Shown here: in pieces, positions 48,255 to 58,052 of the stretch
Numbering within the stretch: the stretch's first letter is position 1
Layout: each line of letters begins with the position of its first letter
Assembly (NCBI GenBank): GCA_043819495.1
Contig: JBDRET010000024.1
Coordinates: forward strand, 7,177-71,176
Reading direction: 5' to 3'
DNA length: 64,000 bases
From: Candidatus Woesearchaeota archaeon
GTDB lineage: Archaea; Nanobdellota; Nanobdellia; Woesearchaeales; UBA11576
Translations under genes and position numbers: made by a program
Notes under the pieces: model-generated
What the model was told of the DNA's origin: nothing
Database searches by the model: none
Seen by the model: the letters and a program-made list of their open reading frames with translations, nothing else

Positions 48255-51200
48255 ATGGTACTTGAGAAACTTGGAACTTCACTCAGAGACACACTCCACA
48301 AGATAAGTAAAGCAGTCTTTGTAGATGAAAAACTGGTCAATGAGCTGGTCAAGGATATCCAGCGGGCCCTTCTCCAGTCAGATGTCAATGTCAAGATGGT
48401 ATTTGAGCTCTCCAAGAAGATAAAGGAGAGGCTGATGAATGATGATGCACCTCCAGGCCTGACAAAGAAAGAATTCCTCATAAAGATAGTGTATGAAGAG
48501 CTTGTGAACTTCCTTGGGGCTGAAGCATCAACTATAGAGATAACGAAGAAACCAACTAAGATCATGATGGTAGGACTTTTTGGTCATGGAAAATGTGTAC
48601 ATAAGGACAGCAACATACTTCTTTTTGACGGTACAACTGTCGGGGTGCAGCAACTATACGACTCCTACAGGTGCAATGGGGAGGTCGACATAGAGGATGG
48701 ATGTATCATACCTCTTGATGCAGAGCTTTCTGTCCCTTCGATGAACACAAAAAGCCTGAAGATCGAGAAAAAGAGAGTGACTCATCTCTGGAAACTGAAA
48801 TCAAAAGACCTGATGGCTGTATCGCTCGATATGGGAAATGACTTCAACGTCAAGACCACCTGTGAGCACCCGTTCTTTGTACTGAAAGATGGCTTGGTGG
48901 AGCAAAGAAGGGCAGATGAATTAAGGAGAGGGGATTATGTAGCAATACCTGCGAAGGTCACTACAGAATCTGGCAGCATCAACTTTGAGGACTCTCTGAA
49001 GAGACTCAACCTCAACGTGAAGATATCTGATGATAAGACCTTAAGAACACTCAAGAAAAAGATAATAGCAGAACATGGAACACTGATGCGCGCAGCTTAC
49101 TCACTCCCCCATAAACGTAATTATGCTGTATTTACGAGTTCCTTAAAGAAAGGAGAGATCCCAATCCAGCTATGTGGCCTCGGAACATCTGATGCTGTGC
49201 ACTTAAAGCTGCAGAACTCCCAAGATTATATCGATTTTCCCACAAGATCAACACCTGAAATGGCAGAATTCTTGGGCTACATCATAGGCGATGGTCATCT
49301 TTCCCATAATAGTGTCAACATATCAAATAAGGACCCTGAAATAATCGAGAGACTGAAAACATTGTCGAAAGACCTCTTCGGCAGGGAGCTGAAGCTTACC
49401 CCCTGCAAAAGGTCCAAAGGATTGTATGATCTCAGGATAAACTCTAAGACCCTTGTCACGCTCATACATGGGCTGTTCGGCATACCGATAGGAAAGAAAG
49501 GGACTGGACTGGAAGTCCCTCAACTCGTACAACTGTCTTCGCAAGATGTAATCTCCAGATTCCTGAGGGCTTATTTCGATTGCGATGGGTATTTCTGCCG
49601 TACCCAAAGGCAGATTGAAGCAGTATCTGAAAGCAGAGTGCTGCTAAGACAGATACAGCATATGCTGCTAAGGTTCGGGATTGTCGCGAAGATGATCAAT
49701 AAGAGAACCGATGGGAAGGACTATTCCAGGCTAATGGTGCAGGCGAGGGATACTGTCATATTCGGTGAGAGGATAGGCGCATCAATCGCAAGGAAAAGGG
49801 AAGCGCTTGAGAACCATGTTATCATGACCATCAAGCAAGGTGATGGAAAGAAAGACATGATACCGGTCGGCAGCCTCCTGAGAGAATTAAGGGAAATGTC
49901 CGGTTTCTCTTTAAGCCAGATACAGGATGCTGTAAGTTCATATGGCCTGTACGAGAAGAAAGGCATGATATCCAGGACACAATTACGCAATGTCGTCTGT
50001 TTCTATGAGCGTGGCGAGAGCGGCAATTTCCGTAAGTTGATAGGCCTGGTGGAGAACTCGCAAAAAGACAAGCTCAGCGAACAGCTACGGATAAGCCAAC
50101 CATTGGTAAACGCGCTTGTGGGAGAGCTGAGGAACAGAAACATGATCGCAGAAGTCACGAACTCACCTACCAGACTTGTCCTTACAGAAAAAGGGAGTAA
50201 GTATTTTGATGGCATGAAACGATCCTCGGACAGACTGTTCGGGATCCTGAGAACCCTTGCGTATGCTGATGTCTGCTGGGCCAAAGTCAAAGACGTCTCT
50301 AAAGTCAAGAATGACCATCCATATGTGTATGATCTCACTGTCGAGGACAGCCATAACTTCATCGCTGATGGCATTGTGGTGCATAATACGACGACTGCCG
50401 CTAAGTTAGCTAAATACTACCAGAAACGTGGCAATAAATTGGCATTGATATCCACAGATACCTGGAGGCCGGCAGCATTTGAGCAATTGAGACAGTTAGG
50501 TGCGCAGATAAACGTCCCGGTATTCGGAAATCCTAAAGCAAAGAGTCCTGTAGCGATATACAAAGAATTCGAAGACAAGCTTGGCGAGTTTGATCTTGTC
50601 ATCATAGATACTGCAGGAAGGGATGCATTGTCTGATGAGCTCATCAGGGAACTGAATGATATCAATAATGCTGTGCAGGCAGATGAGAAACTTCTTGTCA
50701 TAGGCGGTGATGTCGGGCAGGCTGCGGAAAGGCAGGCACAGACATTCCACGATACCTGTAATGTGACTGGTGTGATAATAACAAAGCTTGAAGGTACAGC
50801 AAAAGGTGGCGGTGCACTGATAGCATGCTCCGTGACCGGCGCAAAAGTAAAGTTCATAGGAGTAGGAGAGAAGATTGATGACCTTGAAGTGTACTCTCCT
50901 GAAAGGTTCGTCGGAAAGATGCTTGGCATGGGCGATCTTGAAGGCCTCCTTGAGAAAGCACGTGAAGCGATAACAGAAGAAGATGCACAGGACCTCGGTA
51001 AGAAACTCCTGAAAGGTGATTTTAACCTCCTTGACCTTTATGAGCAGATGCAGGCGATGAAGAAGATGGGGCCTTTGGGCAAGGTGATGGACATGATACC
51101 TGGCTTTGGTCAGATCAAGCTGCCAAAGGATGCATTGAAAGTCCAAGAAGAGAAGATCAAGAAATGGAAATTCATACTCGACAGCTGCACCAAAGAGGAG

Positions 51201-51437
51201 CTGGAAGACCCTGACAGCAACATGAGCGCACAGCGCATCGACAGGATATCAAAAGGCTCAGGTGTCGGGCCTGGAGAGATACGCGAACTGCTTAAACAGT
51301 ACAAACAGAGCAAGAAGATGATGAAGTCACTGAAAGGACTGGGTGGAGGATCACCTGCGCAGATGGAAAAGATGATGAAGCGCATGGGTGGCGGGATGCC
51401 TGGGATGAAAGATGGAAAGAACATGATGTTCAAGTAA
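48255..51437 (+). CDS. srp54: Signal recognition particle protein SRP54 interrupted by an intein
   Basis: ALLQSDV, GLFGHGK[intein]TTTAAKLA, DTWRPAA, DTAGR, TKLEGTAKGGGAL, GMGDL, Met-rich C-terminus; 462 aa after removing the intein. Confidence 0.95.
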   Translation: MVLEKLGTSLRDTLHKISKAVFVDEKLVNELVKDIQRALLQSDVNVKMVFELSKKIKERLMNDDAPPGLTKKEFLIKIVYEELVNFLGAEASTIEITKKPTKIMMVGLFGHGKCVHKDSNILLFDGTTVGVQQLYDSYRCNGEVDIEDGCIIPLDAELSVPSMNTKSLKIEKKRVTHLWKLKSKDLMAVSLDMGNDFNVKTTCEHPFFVLKDGLVEQRRADELRRGDYVAIPAKVTTESGSINFEDSLKRLNLNVKISDDKTLRTLKKKIIAEHGTLMRAAYSLPHKRNYAVFTSSLKKGEIPIQLCGLGTSDAVHLKLQNSQDYIDFPTRSTPEMAEFLGYIIGDGHLSHNSVNISNKDPEIIERLKTLSKDLFGRELKLTPCKRSKGLYDLRINSKTLVTLIHGLFGIPIGKKGTGLEVPQLVQLSSQDVISRFLRAYFDCDGYFCRTQRQIEAVSESRVLLRQIQHMLLRFGIVAKMINKRTDGKDYSRLMVQARDTVIFGERIGASIARKREALENHVIMTIKQGDGKKDMIPVGSLLRELREMSGFSLSQIQDAVSSYGLYEKKGMISRTQLRNVVCFYERGESGNFRKLIGLVENSQKDKLSEQLRISQPLVNALVGELRNRNMIAEVTNSPTRLVLTEKGSKYFDGMKRSSDRLFGILRTLAYADVCWAKVKDVSKVKNDHPYVYDLTVEDSHNFIADGIVVHNTTTAAKLAKYYQKRGNKLALISTDTWRPAAFEQLRQLGAQINVPVFGNPKAKSPVAIYKEFEDKLGEFDLVIIDTAGRDALSDELIRELNDINNAVQADEKLLVIGGDVGQAAERQAQTFHDTCNVTGVIITKLEGTAKGGGALIACSVTGAKVKFIGVGEKIDDLEVYSPERFVGKMLGMGDLEGLLEKAREAITEEDAQDLGKKLLKGDFNLLDLYEQMQAMKKMGPLGKVMDMIPGFGQIKLPKDALKVQEEKIKKWKFILDSCTKEELEDPDSNMSAQRIDRISKGSGVGPGEIRELLKQYKQSKKMMKSLKGLGGGSPAQMEKMMKRMGGGMPGMKDGKNMMFK
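48594..50387 (+). mobile_element. Intein (598 aa) with LAGLIDADG homing endonuclease
   Basis: Starts CVHKDS; block B TCEHPF; FLGYIIGDG and FLRAYFDCDG; ends VYDLTVEDSHNFIADGIVVHN before Thr. Confidence 0.95.
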
Positions 51438-51449
51438 TTATTTCCTAAG

Positions 51450-51944
51450 ATGGTCAAGATACGCAAAGCAAAAAGAGAAGACCTTCAAGGTGTATACAAC
51501 CTATTTCTTGAACTTTGTGACTCAGAAGATTCTTCTGAACTAAAAATCGCAAAACACCTCAAAAGCATGAGGAAGAGAAGACCTGACTTTGAGAAAAGCG
51601 CTAAACGAGCACTACTTAAGTCAATATCAGATAGAAAGGCACTTTATCTTGTCGCTGAGAATGAAGGTGAACTTCTCGGTTATGGTTATGGGACTGTCCT
51701 CTCTGCCAAAGACAGTTTCTTCATCTCTCAAAAGATAGGATGCCTCAATGCGTTGGTAGTCAGCAGAAAACATAGAGGTAAAGGTGTCGCTTCAGGATTG
51801 CATGCTGAACTTCTCGATTGGTTCAGAAAAAAAGGGTGTTCATCTGCATCTCTTGAGGTGTTTACCACTAATGCTGCGCAAGATATCTACAAGAAGTGGG
51901 GATATAGTTCTTTTACTTGTAAGATGAATAAGAAGTTGAAATAA
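51450..51944 (+). CDS. GNAT family N-acetyltransferase
   Basis: LVVSRKHRGKGVA, N.A...Y.K.GY. Confidence 0.88.
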   Translation: MVKIRKAKREDLQGVYNLFLELCDSEDSSELKIAKHLKSMRKRRPDFEKSAKRALLKSISDRKALYLVAENEGELLGYGYGTVLSAKDSFFISQKIGCLNALVVSRKHRGKGVASGLHAELLDWFRKKGCSSASLEVFTTNAAQDIYKKWGYSSFTCKMNKKLK

Positions 51945-52077
51945 TATCCTTTGAAAATGTTGATCTTTGTTGCCCGGAGCTTTTACCGTTGTTGTCGGAA
52001 TATCTCCCGTAAATGTTCACAGGACAGTATACATTAAGACGTGAAATATATAAATGACTATCGCTTACATAAGGACT

Positions 52078-52920
52078 ATGGCTGATGACTCTGGTACTTT
52101 AGCAGTCTTTCAAGGGAAACGCATACGAAAGACTTGGCAAGTTGACGAATGGTGGTTCGTGATAGAGGATATTATCGTTGCGTTGACTGATTCTCATGAC
52201 CCTAAACAGTATATCCAGAAGATGAAACAGAGGGATGAAGAGTTGGCTAAAGGGTGGGTACAGATTGTACGTACCCTTTCAATAAAAACCTCTGGGGGCT
52301 CTCAGAACATGAATTGTACCAATACTGAAGGCGCTTTCAGGATAATACAATCTATACCGTCCCAAAAAGCAGAGCCGTTCAAGCTTTGGCTTGCAAAGGT
52401 AGGTCATGAACGTGTACAGGAGATAGAAAATCCGGAAATCGCACAGAAACGCATGAAAGAGCTTTATAGGCAGAAAGGCTATTCTGACGATTGGATTGAG
52501 AAAAGAGTGCGTGGAATCGCCATAAGGGATGAGCTCACTGACCAATGGAGTACAAGAGGAGTCAAAGAAGAAAAGGAATACGCGATACTCACTGCGCAGA
52601 TATCGAAGGCAACATTCGGGATGACCCCGTCAGAGTATCAAAAGTTCAAAGGTCTGAAACGGCAAAACTTAAGGGATCACATGAACGATCTCGAACTCAT
52701 ATTCTCCATGCTTGGCGAAAGGGCGACAACAGAGATAGCAGTCACTAAGGATGCACAAGGATTCCTTCAAAATGAACAGGCAGCAAAGAAAGGTGGGACT
52801 ATCGCAGGTGATGCTCGAGAGAAACTAGAGGTTGAGACCGGAAAAAGAGTATCTACGCCTCTGAATTATCGTGATGAACCCGAAAACGTGAAGAAAATTG
52901 AAGCAAAGAAAAAAAGATGA
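52078..52920 (+). CDS. Bro-N domain protein (phage antirepressor-like)
   Basis: IRK.W...EWWF...D...L, FRIIQSIPS.KAEPFK.WLA.VG.ER, NLRDHM. Confidence 0.85.
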   Translation: MADDSGTLAVFQGKRIRKTWQVDEWWFVIEDIIVALTDSHDPKQYIQKMKQRDEELAKGWVQIVRTLSIKTSGGSQNMNCTNTEGAFRIIQSIPSQKAEPFKLWLAKVGHERVQEIENPEIAQKRMKELYRQKGYSDDWIEKRVRGIAIRDELTDQWSTRGVKEEKEYAILTAQISKATFGMTPSEYQKFKGLKRQNLRDHMNDLELIFSMLGERATTEIAVTKDAQGFLQNEQAAKKGGTIAGDAREKLEVETGKRVSTPLNYRDEPENVKKIEAKKKR

Positions 52921-53302
52921 TGCTCATATACCTGTATTCGTCGTACAAGAGCACCATGCGAGAAATTTACATTGGGACTTCCGCTTAGAGATTGATGGCG
53001 TGCTGAAAAGCTGGGCAGTGCCTAAAGAACCGCCGCTGGAACCCGGCGTGAAAAGAATTGCAGTCGCAGTCCCTGACCATGAATTATCTTATGCAGACTT
53101 CCAGGGCGAGATACCTGAAGGACAGTACGGCGCAGGCGAAGTAAAGAGATGGGACAAAGGCACATACAAGATGATCAGCGAGCACAAGTCAAAGATGGTG
53201 TTCGAGCTCAAAGGCAAGAAGATGAAAGGAGAGTACGTGCTGCTGAAGTTCGCTAAGGCAGGAGAGAAAGATTGGTTATTGTTCAAGAAGCAGGAAGAAT
53301 GA
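52898..53302 (+). CDS. Stand-alone LigD 3'-phosphoesterase domain
   Basis: FVVQEH.AR.LHWDFRLE..GVLKSWAVPK, DH...Y..F.G.IP.G.YGAG.V..WD.G. Confidence 0.9.
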   Translation: MKQRKKDDAHIPVFVVQEHHARNLHWDFRLEIDGVLKSWAVPKEPPLEPGVKRIAVAVPDHELSYADFQGEIPEGQYGAGEVKRWDKGTYKMISEHKSKMVFELKGKKMKGEYVLLKFAKAGEKDWLLFKKQEE

Positions 53303-53312
53303 GGTGGTGCTG

Positions 53313-53450
53313 ATGGACATTTTCAAGAGAAAAAAAGGAAAGACTAAACTTGAGGACGAGGTCGATGAGCTGTACGAGGTCGATGAGGACAGCGACCTGC
53401 CAGTCCATGAGCCACGCACCAAGCAGAAGAAGATACGGACGCTGAAATAA
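53313..53450 (+). CDS. Small charged protein, 45 aa (MDIFKRKKGKTKLEDEVDELY...)
   Basis: SD gaggtgg; fills the gap between the phosphoesterase gene and pcm. Confidence 0.5.
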   Translation: MDIFKRKKGKTKLEDEVDELYEVDEDSDLPVHEPRTKQKKIRTLK

Positions 53451-53451
53451 C

Positions 53452-54093
53452 ATGGATTATGATGCGAAAAGGCGTGACATGGTAGCTACACAGCTGAAAG
53501 CACGCGACATAGTAGATGCAGCTGTGCTCAAAGCGATGAGCGAGGTACCGCGTCATGAATTTCTCCCTCCTGAACTGCGCGACATAGCATATTCTGATGT
53601 CCCTCTTCCGATAGGGGAGGACCAGACAATATCGCAGCCTTATATCGTCGCATTGATCACTCAGGAACTATCATTGAAACCAGGATACAAGGTGCTTGAG
53701 ATCGGTGCGGGCTGTGGATATCAGGCAGCAGTATTGTCAAGGATAGTCGATAAGGTATATTCTGTCGAGAGGATACCTGCACTCGCTGCACATGCAGAGA
53801 GCATGATGAAAAAGATGTGCTACATGAACGTCACTATCATTGTCGGTGATGGCACTCTAGGACTTGCGAAGAATGCACCATATGATGCGATAATCGTGAG
53901 TGCTGCTGCACCACAGGTACCGGGCGCTCTTGTCGAGCAATTGAAAGTCGGTGGCAGGTTGATCATCCCTGTCGGAGAGATGTTCGGCCAACAGCTGCTT
54001 AAGCTGACTAAGACAAAAGAAGGTGTTGACAAGAAAAAGATATGTGATTGTGCATTTGTCCCTCTTATAGGGGAGGATGGATGGCATGAATAA
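53452..54093 (+). CDS. pcm: Protein-L-isoaspartate O-methyltransferase
   Basis: VPRHEF, QTISQP, VLEIGAGCGYQAA, GDG..G...APYD, FVPLIG. Confidence 0.95.
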   Translation: MDYDAKRRDMVATQLKARDIVDAAVLKAMSEVPRHEFLPPELRDIAYSDVPLPIGEDQTISQPYIVALITQELSLKPGYKVLEIGAGCGYQAAVLSRIVDKVYSVERIPALAAHAESMMKKMCYMNVTIIVGDGTLGLAKNAPYDAIIVSAAAPQVPGALVEQLKVGGRLIIPVGEMFGQQLLKLTKTKEGVDKKKICDCAFVPLIGEDGWHE

Positions 54094-54114
54094 TTCTGAA
54101 TCATCCAGGATAGC

Positions 54115-55182
54115 CTACTCAGTTTCAAGAATCTTAGGAAAATATACTGGAGGTCTAAGAATTCCTTTTTTCAGCAGATTCCTTACAAGAGTCAGGTCAT
54201 CTAGTCCGATTGCACCTGCGTACAATGTCTTGAAATCACCATCCTCTTCTGCGAACTTCCGTATCTTTACAAGACCTTGAAGATATATGTGATCCTTGAT
54301 GTAGCCCCCTCCCCTGAAAACCCTAAACGTCAGATCCCACGCCTGATCATCACTAAGACCTTCTGTTTTCATGATGTCAAATGTCTTTCGGAAATCCTTA
54401 CCTTTCATGACAGAGTCAACCGCCACTACACGGAGTGCGCAGTCCCTTAACCTTTCAGTGCTCAGAGTGCCTGTCTTTTCCTCCAGAAACGATGCGAGCC
54501 CTTCTTCTGTGTCCAAGTAGCCTGGAAGACCCAGGCCCATTATCTTCAAGGGTTGGGCGTATCCATTTGCACACCTGAACACATGCCCCAGGACTTCATG
54601 GATGCAAATCCTTGCGAGCTCAGCTTCACTCACGACGCGATCCCTACCGACACCAATCTTATTTTCAGCAGAATAAACTGTGGTAAGCCTCTTGTCAGAA
54701 AGTTCCACTTTCCACCCGATGAGCTTATTTTCCCTAAGAACAGTCTCAATCTTCTCTTTTATCCTTGATGCCGGAATTGTATTCTCCTGTTCAGCTGGGG
54801 GAGTCTCTTTTGATATTTTTAGAGAGTACTCCAGAAGATATTTAGAAGGATATCCATAAAGCTGCATTGTCAGCTCTTTTATTTTTTCGCTTCTCCCAAT
54901 ATTCATCACTATTGTATTCGCAGTCAGAAGTTCTGTTCTTTTTCTCTCAAATATGTCCTTGAGATCACACTCCGGAATCGTGATATCCTGCAGCAGGTCA
55001 TTGATTGCAGATGGATCGTACCCAATCTTGCGGTATTGGAACTCTGGCGCTTCAATTTCTCCTCTCAGAAACCTGCTTTTTTGTTGTGCTCCATTGAGGG
55101 GAGTACAATAAAGCAACGGTTTTATCTGCTCAGAGCATCCTTTCAAGATGTCTGTAATCCTGTTGAGGTGGTCTATGTTCAT
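54115..55182 (-). CDS. DUF1704 / MATCAP-like metallopeptidase, paralog 2
   Basis: HEVLGHVFR..NG..QP, TEEGLA, RVFRG, KDHIYLQG. Confidence 0.82.
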   Translation of the reverse strand: MNIDHLNRITDILKGCSEQIKPLLYCTPLNGAQQKSRFLRGEIEAPEFQYRKIGYDPSAINDLLQDITIPECDLKDIFERKRTELLTANTIVMNIGRSEKIKELTMQLYGYPSKYLLEYSLKISKETPPAEQENTIPASRIKEKIETVLRENKLIGWKVELSDKRLTTVYSAENKIGVGRDRVVSEAELARICIHEVLGHVFRCANGYAQPLKIMGLGLPGYLDTEEGLASFLEEKTGTLSTERLRDCALRVVAVDSVMKGKDFRKTFDIMKTEGLSDDQAWDLTFRVFRGGGYIKDHIYLQGLVKIRKFAEEDGDFKTLYAGAIGLDDLTLVRNLLKKGILRPPVYFPKILETE

Positions 55183-55184
55183 TT

Positions 55185-56339
55185 TCACTTCAGGAATATC
55201 TGTACAACATCCCCGTCCTGGAGGACATGATTCAGCATGAGCCGCTGACCTGGGAACTTCGCGCTCTTGCCCCATACTTTTGAGAAGCGGAACTTTGTCA
55301 CGAAATCTTTATGTAGTTTTGAACACATATCTCGTATGGTGTTCCCGTTCCGCATTATGAGCGGTTCTTCAAGATCTGCTTTCTTCCCTCCTTCCTTGCA
55401 GTAGATGCGTATGAAATTGAGTTTCTGGAATATGGCGTCCTTCAGCTCTTCGATATTGATCTTTTCTTCAGCAGATATGCATATGTCCGGATTTATCTCT
55501 GCCTTTATCTCTGCTAGGCGTTGCTCATCGATAAGGTCTATCTTGTTCAGGACAATGAGGCCTGGGATGTAGACCCTGTTTCCTTCAAGTACATCGATCA
55601 GGTCATCGACGCCGATCTCTGAACGTATCAGTATCTCCGCATTGTTGATTCGCATCTCTTTACATATTGCCTTGATGGTTTCATCTGAAAGCGTGTCGAG
55701 CTTCACAGTCTTACCTACCCTGATACCATCTTTTGATTTCTTCGTTATCTTGACATCAGGTTTTCGTATATTTAACCTGAGGTGAGCATCACGTACCTCT
55801 TTGAGTATCACCTTGTATGCGTTCGGCCGCAGGGCATCCACCAGTATGATGCCAAGATCAGCGTTCTGCATGACTGATAGGACTTCTCTTCCTCTTCCTC
55901 TGCCTGATGCTGCTCCGTATACGATACCAGGGACATCAAGGATCTGGATCTTTGCCTGTTTGTATTCCAGAAGTCCTGGAACGACTGAAAGAGTGGTGAA
56001 CTCATATGCGCCTACGGGGGAGTCTGCATTCGTGATTATGTTAAGGAGACTTGATTTGCCTGCAGATGGGAACCCGACAAGTATGACTGTAGCATCACCG
56101 CTCTTTCTCACAGAATATCCTGAAGTTGCAGGACCTTTCCTTTGGCGGAGCTCATCTTTCTTCTTAAGTTCAGCTATCTTCGCACGTACCAGCCCATAAT
56201 GATGCTGGGTCCGTTTATTGTACTGCATCTTACTGAGTTCAGCTTCCATTTCCTGGATACGATCCCAGTTAGATGCTTTCTTCTTGTTAGACTCAGGTTT
56301 CTCTTTCGTGCTTACCTGCTTAGTTTTCTTTTCAGCCAT
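55185..56339 (-). CDS. DRG/Rbg family GTPase with TGS domain
   Basis: GFPSAGKS, YEFTTL, DVPG, GRGRG, NKID, VWGKSAKFPGQ. Confidence 0.93.
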   Translation of the reverse strand: MAEKKTKQVSTKEKPESNKKKASNWDRIQEMEAELSKMQYNKRTQHHYGLVRAKIAELKKKDELRQRKGPATSGYSVRKSGDATVILVGFPSAGKSSLLNIITNADSPVGAYEFTTLSVVPGLLEYKQAKIQILDVPGIVYGAASGRGRGREVLSVMQNADLGIILVDALRPNAYKVILKEVRDAHLRLNIRKPDVKITKKSKDGIRVGKTVKLDTLSDETIKAICKEMRINNAEILIRSEIGVDDLIDVLEGNRVYIPGLIVLNKIDLIDEQRLAEIKAEINPDICISAEEKINIEELKDAIFQKLNFIRIYCKEGGKKADLEEPLIMRNGNTIRDMCSKLHKDFVTKFRFSKVWGKSAKFPGQRLMLNHVLQDGDVVQIFLK

Positions 56340-56432
56340 GCTGTGAAATTGAGAATAAGGGTATTTAATGCTTTCTGTGGGTTTTATGTCAAAACTCCTT
56401 CAATAAAATTTATAAACCCTGTACTTCTTAGA

Positions 56433-57050
56433 ATGGCCATGGCTGAATTTGCGGATGTTGTGGCGAGCGCGTATGAGACTGTGAAACAGTCAACTTCAGG
56501 CATATTCTATAAGTTCCTGGTATCCATAGTCCTGCTGCTCATAGGATTCATAATAGGCAAGATACTCGGTAGGCTGATATTCAAGTTCCTCCATAGCTTT
56601 GAGGTCGATGAGACGTTCTCAAAGCTTACCGGCACCTCACTCAAGATTGAGGTCATTGCAGAGTCATTCACAACATACTTCGTCTACTTCGTGACCATCG
56701 TAATAGTGCTGCAGCAGCTCGGACTCGCATCGACCATATTGAACATGATCGCAGCAGGTGTCCTGATACTGATAATACTCTCCACGTTCCTGGGAATAAA
56801 GGATTTTGTCCCGAATGCAATCTCAGGATTCATACTCCAGAACAAGAAAAAGTTCAAGATCGGTCAGCTCATAAAGGTCAAGGGTATGCAGGGAAAGATA
56901 ATAGAGATCACTCTCCTTGAGACTAAAATAGAGACAAAGAGTGGAGACATAATATTCATACCTAATTCAGTCCTGAGCAAGACAGAAGTAACTTATGTGA
57001 AAGCGAAACAGAGAAATTCTAAGAAGACAGTTAAGCGAAAAGAAGATTGA
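56433..57050 (+). CDS. Small-conductance mechanosensitive channel (MscS family)
   Basis: 3 TMs, N.ISG......F.IG..I.V...G.I..I.L..T, IPNS. Confidence 0.85.
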   Translation: MAMAEFADVVASAYETVKQSTSGIFYKFLVSIVLLLIGFIIGKILGRLIFKFLHSFEVDETFSKLTGTSLKIEVIAESFTTYFVYFVTIVIVLQQLGLASTILNMIAAGVLILIILSTFLGIKDFVPNAISGFILQNKKKFKIGQLIKVKGMQGKIIEITLLETKIETKSGDIIFIPNSVLSKTEVTYVKAKQRNSKKTVKRKED

Positions 57051-57059
57051 ATCTTTGGA

Positions 57060-57308
57060 TCATATCATCTCAAGCAGGCTCGCTATATTCCATATCTGGG
57101 TCCTAGTGTAAGCCTGTATATTGGTATCATCAGAAATCTCGTCGAGTGTGCTAAGGACCTTGTTGATCTTCATCGACATGTCTTCTCCATTCTCTTCTTT
57201 TAGGATAGAGACGATCTCTTCGACCTTGGACTTTACGTTTCGTGGAACAGTATTATCATTGGCAAGCTCTTCTAAAGACTCGATGATGTTGCCAATCTTT
57301 TCATCCAT
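57060..57308 (-). CDS. UPF0147 family protein
   Basis: D.TVPRNV...LDEISDD.N...YTRTQIW.I.S.LE. Confidence 0.88.
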   Translation of the reverse strand: MDEKIGNIIESLEELANDNTVPRNVKSKVEEIVSILKEENGEDMSMKINKVLSTLDEISDDTNIQAYTRTQIWNIASLLEMI

Positions 57309-57345
57309 ATTGTGTTCCCCGTAGTTAGCATAAGAATGTCCATTC

Positions 57346-57678
57346 TCAGCTTGACATCTCCTTCATGACTTCAGCCTGTAGTGCTGCTGTCTTCTCTCGC
57401 ATCTTCTCTTCCTGCCTCTCAAGGCTCTTCACCCGTAATTCGGCAGTCTCTTTCTTCTGTGAAAGGTCTTTTGTAAGTTCATCCTTATTTGATCTGACCA
57501 TGACATTACCTATTATCTTGTAGGCTTCTTCAGATGTCTTGAGCTCTTCCAGTGCTGATGTTATCTCCATAAGTTGTGCCTGGAATGCCTGTTTCTGTGC
57601 CAAGAAATTCTGCAAGGAATGTTCCATTGTAGAAAGCTTGTTTATCTTCTCCTGAACATCTGTCTTGACATCATCCAT
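57346..57678 (-). CDS. pfdB: Prefoldin subunit beta
   Basis: Coiled coil - YKIIGNVMV - coiled coil; conserved operon context. Confidence 0.9.
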   Translation of the reverse strand: MDDVKTDVQEKINKLSTMEHSLQNFLAQKQAFQAQLMEITSALEELKTSEEAYKIIGNVMVRSNKDELTKDLSQKKETAELRVKSLERQEEKMREKTAALQAEVMKEMSS

Positions 57679-57679
57679 C

Positions 57680-57910
57680 TTACTTCTTCTCCTCCTTAGC
57701 CGCGCCTTCAAACACGATAAGGAGCTGTGATATTGAATTCAATGTCGCACGCAGAGCGACTGCATCATTAGCGGTTATGTCAAACTCCACGCCATCATCT
57801 TTTTTCGTGACTGTGAATGATGATCTGTCAAAGGAAGTCTCTTCCGGCACAAGGCATTCCAATAGCCTGCCAGGAGCCCCCTTTGCGAAAAGCTTTGCAG
57901 CATAATCCAT
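57680..57910 (-). CDS. pcc1: KEOPS complex subunit Pcc1
   Basis: RS.......I.A.D..ALRA.LNS; located between rpoP and pfdB. Confidence 0.85.
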   Translation of the reverse strand: MDYAAKLFAKGAPGRLLECLVPEETSFDRSSFTVTKKDDGVEFDITANDAVALRATLNSISQLLIVFEGAAKEEKK

Positions 57911-57913
57911 GTT

Positions 57914-58051
57914 TTACCTTGCCTTGATCTTAGTCGAGACAAGCCTTGGCTTGAATAGCATCTTACTGCCGCAGTAAGGGCATCGCACTTTCTTGCGGAT
58001 ATACTCCATACCGACTTTCTTGTTGCAGTCAAAGCACTTGTATTCAACCAT
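57914..58051 (-). CDS. rpoP: RNA polymerase subunit P (Rpo12)
   Basis: Manual translation MVEYKCFDCNKKVGMEYIRKKVRCPYCGSKMLFKPRLVSTKIKAR. Confidence 0.92.
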   Translation of the reverse strand: MVEYKCFDCNKKVGMEYIRKKVRCPYCGSKMLFKPRLVSTKIKAR

Positions 58052-58052
58052 C

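Noticed and set aside
52078..52920. Prophage
   Set aside because: The Bro-N gene is alone; no integrase, capsid, terminase or att repeats seen.
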